A stretch of 64,000 nt of DNA from the human T2T-CHM13v2.0 reference genome, Homo sapiens, in NCBI RefSeq assembly GCF_009914755.1, contig NC_060930.1. The stretch is one strand, 5' to 3'. The translations under genes were made by a program, and so were the position numbers. Under the pieces are notes generated by a model, which saw only the letters and a list, made by a program, of their open reading frames with translations, did not search any database and was not told the origin of the DNA. Positions within the stretch are counted from its first letter, which is position 1. Each line of letters starts with the position of its first letter. Shown piece by piece: positions 40,542-53,047 of this stretch.

Positions 40542-43500
40542 GTGCTATGGTCTGAATGTTTGTGTCCCTCCAAAATTCATATGTCAAACCATTAAAAGGT
40601 GGGGCCTTTGGGAGGTGATTAGATCTTGAGGGCCCTGCCCTAATGAATGGGATTAGTGCCCTTATAAAAGGGCTTGGGGGAGCCTGTTTGCCCCTTTTCC
40701 ACCTCTTCTGCCATATGAGGACATGACAAGAAGGCTCCATCTTTGAAGTAGAGAGCAAGCCCTTACCAGACACCAAATCTGCCAGTGGGTTGATGTCCAG
40801 AGCTGTTAACAATAAATTTCTATTGTTTATAAATTACTCATTTTTTTGCCATGTTACATTCCCACAAGCAATGAATGAGAATTCTTTTATTATTATTAAG
40901 TTTTGGGATACATGTGCAGAATGTGCAGGTTTGTTACATAGGTATACACATGCCATGGTGGTTTGCTGCACCCATCAACCCATCATCTAGATTAGGTATT
41001 TCTCCTAATGCTATTCCTCCCCTAGCCCCCTACCCCACAATAGGCCCTGGTGTGTGATGTTCCCCTCCCTGTGTCCACGTGTTCTCATTATCCAACTCCC
41101 ACTTATGAGTGAGAACATGCAGTGTTTGGTTTTCTGTTCCTGTGTTAGTTTGTTGAGAATGATGGTTTCCAGCTTCATCCATGTCCCTCCAAAGGACATG
41201 AACTCACCCTTTTTTACTCATCCTGCATACTATTCCATGGTGTATATGTGCCACATTTTCTTTATCCAGTCTATCATTGATGGGAATTTGGGTTGGTTCC
41301 AAGTTTTTGCTATTGTGAATAGTGCTGCAATAAACATATGTGTGCTGTGTCTTTATAGTAGAATGATTTATAATCCTTTGGGTATAAACTCAGTAATGGG
41401 ATTGCCGGGTCAAATGGTATTTCTGGTTCTAGATCCTTGAGGAATCGCCACACTGTCTTCCACAATGGTTGAACTAATTTACACTCCTACCAACAGTGTA
41501 AAAGCATTTCTATTTCTCCACATCCTCTCCAGCATCTGTTGTTTTCTGACTTTAATGACCACCATTCTAACTGGTGTGAGATGGTATCTCATTGTGGTTT
41601 TGATTTGCATTTCTCTAATGACCAGTGATGATGAGCTTTCTTTCATATGTTTGTTGGCTGCATAAATGTCTTCTTTTGAGAAACATCTGTTCATATCCTT
41701 TGCCCACTTTTTGTTGGGGTTGTTTGTTTTTTTCTTGTAAATTTAAGTTCCTTATAGCTTCTGGATATTAGCCCTTTGTCAGATGGATAGATTGCAATAA
41801 TTTTCTCCCATTCTCTAGGTTGCCTGTTCGCTCTGATGATAGTTTCTTTTGCTGTGCAGAAGCTCTTTAATTTAATTAGATCCCATTTGTCAGTTTTGGC
41901 TTTTGTTGAGATTACTTTTGGTGTTTTAGTCATGAAGTCTTTGCCCATGCCTATGCCCTGAATGGTATTGCCCAGATTTTCTTCTAGGGTTCTTATAGTT
42001 TTAGGTCTTATGTTTGAGTCTTTAATCCATCTCAAGTTAATTTTTGTATAAGGTGTAAAGAAGGGGTCCAGTTTCAGTTTTCTGCATATGGCTGGCCAGT
42101 TTTCCCAACATCATTTATTAAACAGAGAATCCTTTCCTTATTTCTTGTTTTTGTCAGGTTTGACAAAGATCCGATGGTTGTAGATGCAGTGTTATTTCTG
42201 AGGCCTCTGCTTTGTTCCATTGCTCTATATATCTGTTTCGATACCAGTACCATGCTGTTTTGATTACTGTAGCCTTGTAGTATAGTTTGAAGTCAGGTAG
42301 TGTGATGCCTCCTGCTTTGTTCTTTTTGCTTAGGATTGTCTTGGGTATAGGGGCTCTTTTTTGGTTCCATATGAAATTTAAAGTCTTTTTTTCTAATTTT
42401 GTGAAGAAACTCAATGGTAGCTTCATGGGGATAGCATCGAATCTATAAATTACTTTGAGCAGTATGGCCATTTATACAATATTGATTCTTCCTATCCATG
42501 AGCATAGAATGTTTTTCTATTTGTTTGTGTTCTCTTTTATTTCTTTGAGCAATGGTTTGTAGTTCTCCTTGAACAGGTCCTTCACATCCCTTGAAAGTTG
42601 TATTCCTAGGTATTTTATTATTTTTTTAGCAATTGTGAATGGTAATTCAGTCATGATTTGGCTCTCTGTTTGTCTATTATTGGTGTATAGGAGTGCTTAT
42701 GTATCAATTGCACATTGATTTGTATCCTGAGACTTTGCTGAAGTTGCTTATCATCTTAAGGAGATTTTGGACTGAGACAATGGGCTTTTCTAAATATACA
42801 ATCATGTCATCTGCAGATAGAGACAATTTGACTTCCTCTCTTCCTATTTACCCTTTCTTTCTTTCTCTCGTCTGATTGCTCTGGCTAGAACTTCCAATAC
42901 TGTGTTGAATACGAGTGGTAAGAGAGGGCATTCTTGTCTTATGCTGGTTTTCAAAGGGAATTCTTCCAGCTTTTGCCCATTCGGTATGATATTGGCTGTG
43001 GGTTTGTCATAAATAGCTCTTATTATTTTGAGATACATTCCATCAATAACTAGTTTATTGAGAGTTTTTAGCATAAAGGGGTGTTGAATTTTGTCAAAGG
43101 CCTTTTCTGCATCTATTGAGATAATCATGTGGGTTTTGTAATTGGTTCTGTTTATGTGATGGATCACGTTTATTGATTTGTATATGTTGAACCAGCCTTG
43201 CATTCCAGGGATGAAGCTACCTTGATCGTGATGGATAAGCTTTTTGATGTGCTGCTGGATTCAGTTTGCCAGTATTTTATTGGGGATTTTCACGTTGATG
43301 TTCATCAGGGATATTGGCCTGAAATTTTCTTTTTTTTGTTTTGTCTCTGCCAGGTTTTGGTATCAGGATGATGCTGGCCTTATAAAATGAGTTAGGGAGG
43401 AATCCCTCTTATTCTGTTGTTTGGAATAGTTTCAGAAGGAATAGTACCAGCTCCTCTTTGTACCTCTGGTAGAATTTGGCTGTGAATCCATCTGGTCCTG

Positions 43501-44110
43501 GGCTTGGATTTGTTGGTAGCCTATTAATTACTGCCTCAATTTCAGAACTTGTTATTGATCTATTCAGGGATTTGACTTTTTCCTGGTTTAGTCTTGGGAG
43601 GGTGTATGTGTCCAGTAATTTATCTATTTCTTCTAGATTTTCTAGTTTATTTGCATAGAGGTATTTATGGTATTCTCTGATGGTAGTTTGTATTTCTGTG
43701 GGATCAGTGGTGATATCCCCTTTATAATTTTTTATTGTGTCTATTTGATTCTTCTCTCTTTTCTTCTTTATTAATCTGGCTAGTGGTTTATCTATTTTGT
43801 TAATCTTTTCCAAAAACAAGCTCCTGAATTCATTGATTTTCTGAAGGATTTTTTGTATCTCTACCTCCTTCAGTTCTGCTCTGATCTCAGTTATTTCTTG
43901 TCTTCTGCTAGCTTTTGAATTTGTTTGCTCTTGCTTCTCTAGTTTTTTAAATTGTGATGTTAGGGTGTCGATTTTAGATCTTTCCTGCTTTCTCCTGTGG
44001 GCATTTAGTGCTATAAATTTCCATCTAAACACTGCTTTAGCTGTGCTCCAGAGATATAAATTACTCACTTTAAGGAATTGGGTTATAGCAGCCCAAATGG
44101 ACTAATAGAA
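40542..44110 (+). mobile_element. MSTD/MLT1A-type MaLR LTR split by an L1 (40542-40840 and 44055-44110)
   Basis: TGCTATGGTCTGAATGTTTGTGTCCC start; the tail gttatagcagcccaaatggactaata resumes after the L1. Confidence 0.85.
40841..44054 (-). mobile_element. 5'-truncated L1PA7-like LINE (decayed ORF2) with a short 3' transduction
   Basis: ORF2 fragments in the track (43409-44068, 42844-43203, 42154-42471, 41691-42035, 41479-41694); TSD TATAAATTACTCA at 40828-40840 and 44055-44067. Confidence 0.95.
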
Positions 44111-45221
44111 ATTGTGTTACGGTAGCTGCCAATGTGTACATTATTTTTTGTACACTTAAAGGGTTTTAAGTGCAACACTTTCTTCTACAGACCTATATTT
44201 CATTTGCTATTTCAGTTATAGTATGAAAATATTTCTGAAATGTATTAAAATTTGCATGCCTCTCCTAGCAAATTGATGTGTACAACTAGAAAATGCAAAA
44301 TTGCAAAAAGCTCTTACATGATGCTACAGAGAAACTTATCGTGTCTAGAAAATCTGATTGTATAATTAGTTTAATTGTGCCTACAATAAAGCTTCAAGCT
44401 CAGTTAAAGTACAGGCTCCCAGATTTGCACAGGTGTTTCTGCTAACTTAAGTTCAGACAGCTAGGAATCTTTTTACTTTTAAATAGCGCTTACTGAAAAC
44501 TAAAAGCCTAATGACTCATTCATTCAATCACACTATCATATTGATCACCTGTGTGAGCAGCATAACTAAAACAATTTACTTCACACATTTTAGTCTTTAC
44601 ATTTTATTCAAAGATATCCAGGCATCTCACAACATTACAGTTATATCCAATTAGAATAAATTCATAGAGATCAAGATATACGGCAGACTCACATCACCTG
44701 TTCTTGAGCCCCTATAGCCAAATAGCCTTTCAAAAGGCTGAATGAAGACAAGCTTAAGTTCAATCAAATATTGGAAAGCCCTAGGAAGTGGGCATCTTAG
44801 ATGTTAGATAATTAGAAGTCAATGAGTGCCCTTTCTATGATCCTCTCTCAGTGCAAGACAAGAGGAGATTTCTGAACAACTTCTCCCTATGATCTCTGTA
44901 AAAGAAAAATTAAGTTACAGCATGACAGGCTGTCTGCCTTTGATAAAATATATCTAATAAAATATTAACTGTGACATAACTTAAAAATTTTGACAGCTAA
45001 AAGTCATATTATTTTCAGTAAATTATGCATTTCCATCTTTCAGTTGAAAAGTTTGTGAACAAAGAGCAATTTAAAAAATAATCTTTTCTTATTTTGATCA
45101 GGAACATCTAATGTATTATAAAAGCCTCTAAATAGTCATTAAGCTTTACTTAGAAAACTACACATGCCATTTTCAGGTGAACTTTCACAGACACTTTTAG
45201 AAAGAATATTCATGTCATCCT

Positions 45222-45425
45222 ACATGGACATACAAATTGGAAAAATAGACATTGGAGACTTCGAAAGGTGGGAGGGAGGGAGTGGGATGAGGATTGAAAA
45301 AACTGGTTGTTCGGTATAATGTTCACTATTCAAGTGATGGGTATACTAAAAGCCCAGACTTCAGCACTACCCAATATATTCATGTAAGAAAATTTTACTT
45401 ATACTCTTTAAATGTATAAAAATTA
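45222..45425 (+). mobile_element. L1PB4/L1MA-type 3' UTR fragment
   Basis: atagacattggagacttcgaaagg...tactaaaagcccagacttcagcactac. Confidence 0.8.
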
Positions 45426-46069
45426 TATTTTTTAAGTGCACCCAGGAGTATGACTACAATAAATGCCTTCTGGTTGGGGCAGATAACATTAGTGAATGCA
45501 GCAAGTAGATTGAGGACAGTAGAGCAAGATGAGAAATAAAAGTAAATAGACTGAGTCTCATTTATAGAGATCACCACTGCTCAGTTCCAGCTGATTGGTG
45601 GCACTGGCTTTTTAATATTCTGATTGTTCAGGAGAAACCAAAAAGTCTAGAAGAACCAGAAGTGAAGTCTCTCCATTTTAAATGCTAGCAAATAATTTTA
45701 TCCTATAAAAAATTATGTGTGCCAAATGAAATGTGTCTTTTGGCTGGATTTGGCTCAATGGTCACTCACTTTCAACTTCTGACTTAGAATTCCATATTAA
45801 AATAAATAACAAGAGGATAAAATTAATTAAAATAGAAGATTTGTTATTACTCATTATCATCACCAAGAGAAATCACTGGTCTCCAAGCATGTTTCTTTCC
45901 CAGAACACATTCCCTTTCTCTTTCTTGCCTATGACATTCCCCCAGACTTTCACAGGGCCCACTACTTCCCTAGCCTCTGCTCAAGTGTCTCATCCTGAGA
46001 AAGCCTTTCCTTAATTGCTTCTTTAAAATGAAACTGCTATACTCTACCCATTCGCCTTGCATGTATCAC

Positions 46070-46298
46070 TTCATGCCATGTATTCTACAAATATGTTGAG
46101 CATCTACTTCATGAAGAGCTCTCTTTTAAGCCCTGGGGATATAGAGGTGGATAAATAAAATCAAAGTCCTTATCCTCATAGAGTATGCAGTCCACTGGGG
46201 AAAGAGAGACTATAAACAAGCAAGTACACAATATGTTAGGTGGTAATATGCTCTAGGGAGAAAAGTAAAGCTGGGTAAAGAAGATAAGAAGTGCAGTG
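46070..46298 (-). mobile_element. L2 LINE 3' end
   Basis: caaatatgttgagcatctact...ctggggatatag...aaagtccttatcctcatagag. Confidence 0.7.
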
Positions 46299-47736
46299 AG
46301 GGAGGAGGCAGAGCAAGATGGCTGAATAGAATCCTCCACTAATTGTCCTCCCCAAAGGAACATCAAATTGAACAACTATCCTCACAAAAAATGCACCTTC
46401 ATAAAAAACAAAAATCAGGTGTGTGCACACAGTACCTGGTTTTAACTTTATATTACTGAAAAATGCACTAAAGAAGGTAGGAAAGACAGTCTTGAATTGC
46501 CCATGCCACCCCTTCCCAGTTCTCTAGTGGCAACCACATGCAAAGAAGTAATATGTGCATTTGAGGGAGGAAAACACAGTGATTGTGAGACTTTGCATTG
46601 GAACTCAGTGCTGCCTGTCACAGCTGAAAGCAACACCAGGCAGAACTTGTTGGAACTCACATGCAGGGCATTTAGATCAGCCTTAGCCAGAGGAAAATTG
46701 CCCATCCCAGTGGTTGGAACCTGAGTTACAGCAAGCCCTACCACTGCAGGCTAAAGTGCTCTGGGGTTCTAAATAAGGAAAGGCAGTCTAGGCCACAAGG
46801 ACTGCAATTCCTGGACAAGTCCTAGTACTGTGCTGGGCTTGGAGCCAGTGGATTTAAGATGTATACGATCCAGTGAGACACCGGGTGGGGTGGCAAATGG
46901 AGTGCTTTTTTCATCCCTCCTCCAACCCTAGAAAACACAGCTTGCAGCTCTGAGACAGATTCTTCCCTCTGCCTAAAGAGAGGTGAGGGGAGAGTTAAGA
47001 AGACTTTGCTTTACAACTTGGATACCAGCTCAGCCACAGTAGGATAGGGCAATCAGTAGGATAGGCAGCATCCTGAGACCCCCACTCCAGGCCCTAGCTT
47101 CTGGATGACATTTCTATACACATCCTTAGCAGGAAGGTAACCCACTTCCTTGAAGGGAAGGACCCAGTTCTAGCAGGATTCATTATCTGCTGAATAAAGA
47201 TTCCTTAGGCTTATAATAATCAGCAGTAGCAGCCAAGTGGTGCTCACCAGGGACATTGAGTGAGACTCACAGATGTGCTAGCATCAGATGTGAACCAGCA
47301 CATTCCCAGCTCAAGTGGCTACAGGGAGAGACCCCTTCTGCTTGAGAAAAAGAGAGGGAAGAGTAAAGAGGATTTTGTCTTTCAGCTTAGGATCCAGCTC
47401 AGCCACAGTGGGGTAGAGCACCAAACAGGCTTTTTGGGTACCTGATTTCAGGTCTGAGCTCTTGGACAGCATTTCTGGACCTTCTGTGGGACAGAGAGGA
47501 GCCCACTGCCCTGAAAGGAGAATCCTAGGCCTGGCGGCATTTACCACAAGCTGACTGAAGAGGCCTTGGGCCTTGAGGGAACACCAGTAGTAGCCAAGCA
47601 GTACTTGATGTAACCCTGAAGCAGTGATGGGGAAAAGTTCTTCTGCCACTACAAAGAGGGGAGGAGGAAGAGTGGGAAAAACTTTGCCTTGTGGCCTGGG
47701 TGCCAGCTTAGCCAGAGTAGAATAGAGTACCAGATA
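46299..47736 (+). mobile_element. Isolated L1M (L1MA-type) 5' UTR
   Basis: gggaggaggcagagcaagatggctgaatag start; collinear with the 5' UTR at 29.6-32.4 kb; no ORF1/ORF2 follows. Confidence 0.85.
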
Positions 47737-48020
47737 GTGGAAGTAGAGATGGGAAGAATGCTGGTAATCATGCATATTGAAAAGTGCAGTTTTTCACATA
47801 TTAGTGACTGCTGAGAGGAACAGACAACCAACAGACACAGGTAGAAGGAAGATAAACCTGCAATACTGCAGAGGTGTTCCTGAAAAAACTTAACAGATTT
47901 TGAAATATGAACTAAAAAGAATGAACTGAATTAACCTGCTCCTTGTGAACCTAAGGAAAAAAAATTAACCCCCACTCATGAACAGGAGAAAGATCAAGAG
48001 CAATCATTCATCCAGTATTC

Positions 48021-48285
48021 TTTTTCTTTTTCTTTTTTTGGAAACAGGGTCTCATTCTGTTGCACAGGCTGGAGTGCAGTGGCACAATCATAGCTCACTG
48101 CAGCCTCAAACTCCTGGGCTCAAGTTATCCTCCCGTCTCATCCTCCTGAGTAGAGCTGAACTACAGATGCACACCACCACACTGGCTATTTTTTTTTTTT
48201 TTTTGAGAGATGGGGATTTACTTTATGGCCAAGGCTCATCTCAAACTCCTGGGCTCAAGTGATACTCCTGTCTCATATTCTAACA
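48021..48285 (-). mobile_element. AluJ-type SINE
   Basis: acagggtctcattctgttgcacaggctggagtgcagtggcacaatcatagctcactgcagcctc. Confidence 0.9.
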
Positions 48286-48449
48286 AAATCTGTGTTTTAA
48301 TAAATATCATAATATTCAATGCCATGGAACATGAAAGAAAAAAAATACCGCATAGTAAAGTAGAAGAATAAGCATTTGGAGACTTAAAGGAAGCATATGT
48401 CTGAAAAAGATCTACTGAAAGATCTGGAAGAAGAGTTAAGGAAATTATT

Positions 48450-48453
<4 letters not shown>

Positions 48454-48506
<53 letters not shown>

Positions 48507-48524
48507 AAATATATATATATATAT
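48454..48524. repeat. (TG)n followed by (TA)n microsatellite
   Basis: Long pure TG run. Confidence 0.95.
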
Positions 48525-49955
48525 CCCCTGTGAATCAAGAGCAATATATTCAAAACACAGATATTTATCAGCTATCAAAAATAAACATAGTTAATACTAA
48601 AAGCAGTCAAATAGTAGGAGTGAACTTTATTTTGATGGAGACGTTTTCCCCCCAATGTAAGTGACCTGGGTTTGGTTGATAGTAGATAATCCATTGTGAA
48701 AGTGCAATCATTTTATCAATTGAGTACTAAATTATCATTCTGCTTCCAGTGTAACTGTGACACCTATTTTATTTCACAATTGCTATCTTGTCACCAATCC
48801 TAGCCATTGCTTATTTTTATCTTCTTCCATAAAAAAAGAACATAACATTTAAGATGTATGCCATTCGTTCTTTTCTCAGTGCCCTTTGAACACAGTCTCA
48901 TAGCAACACAAAACGTGTACCTTATTTTATTATGCTGGTTTGATAATCAACCACCCTACTATACACACTCTCATCTCTGAAGCAAGAGCACATATTTTAT
49001 TTTGGAACTTCAATGTCTAGTGTAGTATCTGGCATATAGTATGTAATCAACAATGTATGTTGAATTAATCATAATTTAAGAACGTTAATCACAAAAATGT
49101 TTTACACACTGGAAGAGTTCTGTTACTATGTAAAGTGGCATTTGCTTTGAAATTTAGACTGAAATAAAAATAGATTTTGAAAGAGTTTGTAAAGTAAATC
49201 TACTCCAAAATACCTCTTCTACCATTCCTCAAAATCATGTTCTTGATCAAAATAAAATCCTTTTGGAAATCAACCATGTCATCAAGAAAACCTGTCCAAG
49301 AGTTCAGGTTAAATTTGTGCTGTCTCAGAAATAGCAGTCAGCCTTCATAAAAGGCACTGCCGACATATGTAATGGAAGTAAGAAACTGCAGATTGATGCC
49401 TTTGAGCTAAGAAATTAATTGAATGCACTTCTGTGTTCTCCCTGATTCACTGGATAGAGCTAATAACTTACAAGATAAGAAAACATATGGCCACCAGAAA
49501 AAAGAAAGCCATGGTTACCAATGCTTCTGGTAAAGGTCCTGTGGTATATAGAATAAATTTAAGTGGCTCAAGGAAGAATATGAAATGAGATTAATCTCTT
49601 GAGAGTAAATTTAAGAAATCCTTTACAAGATATACATGTTTTCCTTCACAAAACTAAATCAAACTTCAGCCTCTTACAATATCTTAAGTTGACCATATCT
49701 AATTGTCCAAAAACTATTGCCAGACATCTTGCTGTTGTTCCACAAAGTGATGGAATTGTATGAAGCGACCCCATATACCTTCAAATCAGATGCTCATAGT
49801 GCAGGATGACAAGATAACATACATATGATGCATGCAGGGACAGGGAATGTTTCAATCCCAAACAAAATAATCACAGTGCAAAGAAATTAAGACAGCTTCT
49901 GGTCAGATGACTTTAGCATACTTTCCTCCATTTCCAGCAATTAGGCCTCAGACCC

Positions 49956-50338
49956 TGATATGGTTTGGCTCTGTCTCCTCACCCAAATCTCACGTTGAAT
50001 TGTTATTCCCAGTGTTGGGGGAGGGACCTGGTGGGAGGTGTTTGGATCATGGGGTGAATACACCCTCTGCTGTTCTCATAATACTGGGTGAGCTTTCATG
50101 AGGTCTGATGTTTTAAAAGTGTACGGCACTTCCTCCTTTGCTCTCTCTTTCCTGTCACCATGGGAAGAAGCTTCTTGCTTCCCCTCCACCTTCCTCCATG
50201 ATTGTATGTTCCTTGAGGCCTCCCTAGCCATGCCTGCTGTACAGCCTGTAGAGCTGTGAGTCAATTAAACCTCTTTTCATTCATAAATTTCCCAGTCTCA
50301 GATAGTACTTAATAGCAGTGTGAGAACAGACGAATACA
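49956..50338 (+). mobile_element. MSTA-type MaLR solo LTR
   Basis: TGATATGGTTTGGCTCTG...GAATACA. Confidence 0.9.
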
Positions 50339-50341
50339 GAT

Positions 50342-50714
50342 TGATATGATTTGGCTCTGTGTCCCCAACCAAATCTCATCTCGAATTGTAATCGCCACAT
50401 GTCACTGGAGGGGCCTGCAGGAGGTGATTGAATCATAGGGGCACACTTCCCCCTTGCTGTTTCTGTGTTAGTGAGTTCTCACAAGAGTTGTTTGAAAGTG
50501 TATGGCACTTTCCCTTTGTGCTCTCTCTCTCTTGCTCTACCATTGTAAGACATGCTTGCATCCCCTTTGCCCTTCTGCCATGATTGTAATTTTCCTAAGG
50601 CCTCCCAGTCACGTTCCTGTTAAGCATGAAGAACTGTGAATCAATTAAACCTCTTTTTTCATACATTACTCAGTCTCAGGTAGTTCTTTATAGCAGTGAA
50701 TAAACAGACACACA
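50342..50714 (+). mobile_element. Second MSTA/THE1D-type MaLR solo LTR in tandem
   Basis: TGATATGATTTGGCTCTGTGTCCCC...cagtctcaggtagttctttatagcagtg. Confidence 0.9.
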
Positions 50715-51679
50715 CTTGAGAATCTGCAGTATCTATAATCCCTAAGCTAAAAGTGGTGTAATTTACGATATAAAGCAGAGAATAAATTCTTATGAATATA
50801 ATAATATTTTCTCAATTCTCTCTGTATTCATTTTCCTTAAATGTATGCTTTTCATATTTACTCTATTTTCTTCCCCTCTGTGCCCCCACCTTGATCTCCA
50901 CTTTCTAAAAACCTATTCAGGGGCATTTATTGAGAATCTACTATACTCCTCTATACATTGAAGATAAAATGTTAAATTCTCTAAAAGACAAGGAAACATG
51001 CCTTCCCTGGTATACAAGGTGTTCCTGACAATCAGAGAACCTAAGAAATGAAGACTTTCACATTATGTAATAAAACAAAAAACTTGAAGAATTTTATGAA
51101 CTAAGTAAACCACAAGCTATTAGAGTTTAAAAAAAAAGAGAGAGAAGATGGAAAAACTTGTTAAGAAATAAAAAGGAGGATACCAAAGGAAATTAAAATA
51201 ATAGGCACAATTTTATGTTAGTAAATTATAAAATTTCAATAAAGTAGACGATATTCTGGAAAAGAAAACTACTCAAAGTAGATGAATCCTAATCCTAACA
51301 ATAATAGTATTGGGTGATTTTGAAAAAATTGTCAGAAGCTAAATTCCAAGAAAGTTGTCATAAACAAGCAATTCCAAACGGCCAATAGTGCAAACTTCCT
51401 TGGAAGAGATCATTTCCCTACTTTGCAAATTATTAGAGAATAAAAAATGTGCATGGTTCCCAAATCACACTCTAAAGATGCATAGCCATGATACAAAAAA
51501 GTTATAAAAATCAAATAATAATTAAAAAAGAGAAAAAATGATAGTTTCACTACAAGAAGTAAAATTATCTCAAAGACACCATTTATAAAATTAATGTGCA
51601 AACTATAAGCTGGTAGCAATATTTGGTAGATATATGAGACAAATATAGTGGCTATTTAAAAAAAAAAAAAACTTTAACA

Positions 51680-52206
51680 TGGTTAGGCAGTACCAAAATG
51701 ATCTATGCCCTCAACCAAGTCATAGAAAGCAGAATTTCTCTTCCCCAAGTTTGGTCATAGAAACTTGAATCCATTTGCCCCAAAGCAAACCATAAAACAA
51801 CACACACACACACACACAAAAGTCACCCTCTTCTTTCTCTTTTCTCCCTTGAAGACTCTCTCTCCAGAAGGGTCCTTCCCCAAACCTGGGAGGAATGAAT
51901 GGTACCCAGAGAGGACGAGAGAAATCTGAATAGACCTTGCTGGGTTTCCCCTCTCAGTTTATTACCATTAGCTTTTACCTTTTAGTCCAGTCACATTTCT
52001 GCAAGGCTGTCCATTCTTCAACAAACCCAAGCATAAAAATTGACTGTTTTTCCTGAGTCTTTCATTCTTCATGTCTGAAGGCTCCCATATTACATAAAAC
52101 CTTCAAAAATACATTTGTTATGCTTTTTTCTTGTTAACCTATTTTTTGTTACAGGAGTGTCAACCATGCCTCTTATGGTGAGTGAGGAAAAGTATCACAC
52201 CTTACA
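51680..52206 (+). mobile_element. MER39-like ERV1 solo LTR
   Basis: gaaatctgaatagaccttgctgggtttcccc...ttgttatgcttttttcttgttaacct...gaggaaaagtatcacaccttaca. Confidence 0.7.
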
Positions 52207-52228
52207 GTAGCGATACAATAATAATACG

Positions 52229-52512
52229 TTTTTTTTTTTTTTTGAGACGGAGTCTCAGTCTGTCACCCACGCTGAAGTGCAGTGGCAAGATCTCCACCTC
52301 CCGGGTTCAAGTGATTCTCCTCCCTCAGCCTCCTGAGTAGCTGGGACTACAGGCGCCCACCACCACACCCAGATAATATTTTTTTTGTATCTTTAGTTGA
52401 GACGGGGTTCCACCATATTGGCCAGGCTGGTCTTGAACTCCTGACCTTGTGATCCGCCCACCTTGGCCTCCCAAAGTGCTGGGATTACAGGTGTGAGCCA
52501 CCATGCCCAGCC
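52229..52512 (-). mobile_element. AluS-type (Sc/Sg-like) SINE
   Basis: Poly-T, gagacggagtctc..., cctgaccttgtgatccgccc; aataataa on both flanks. Confidence 0.95.
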
Positions 52513-52750
52513 AATAATAAGAGATTTAATTTGAGAAGTGAAATAAAAGGCATTCTAATACTTGAGAGAATTGTGGTATTTCCTCCTGGACTCATACATG
52601 AAGGGTTCACTGTTATCTTTCAGGAATAATTGAGGAAAAGTTTTATACTAGAGCCAAAGGAGTTAACCAGATTACTTGTAAAAAGACATTTCTGTTCCAC
52701 TGTTCTGAATATCTGAACTTTTCCTACCCTTATTTTAAAGTTTCTCTAGC

Positions 52751-53047
52751 ACCAGTGCAGTGGTGTATGCCTTTAGTCCCAGCTACTCAGGAGGCTGAGG
52801 CAGGAGGATTGCTCAAGCCTAGGTGTTCTGAGCTGTAGTGAGCTATGCTGATCGGGTGTCTACACTAAGTTTGGCATCAATATGGTGACCTCCTGGCAGC
52901 AGGGAACCACCAGGTTGCCTAAAGAGGGGTGAACCAGCCCTAGTCAGAAATGGAGTAGGTCAAAACTTCATTGCTGATCAGTAGTAGGATTGTGCCTGTG
53001 AATAGCCACTGCACTCCAGCCTGGGCAACATAGTTAACCAAGTCTCT
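52751..53047 (+). pseudogene. Processed 7SL (SRP RNA) pseudogene, full length
   Basis: Alu domain plus the S-domain that Alus lack (gatcgggtgtctacactaagtttggcatcaatatggtgacctcc...accaccaggttgcctaa); A-rich tail; TSD gtttctctagc/gtttttctagc. Confidence 0.95.

Noticed and set aside
41479-44068. ORFs up to 219 aa with reverse-transcriptase-region similarity
   Set aside because: They are frameshifted pieces of one 5'-truncated L1 ORF2, not a gene or a novel RT system.
52751-53047. Functional 7SL RNA gene
   Set aside because: An A-tail and TSD replace the T-run terminator, and CpG decay is extensive, so it is a processed pseudogene.
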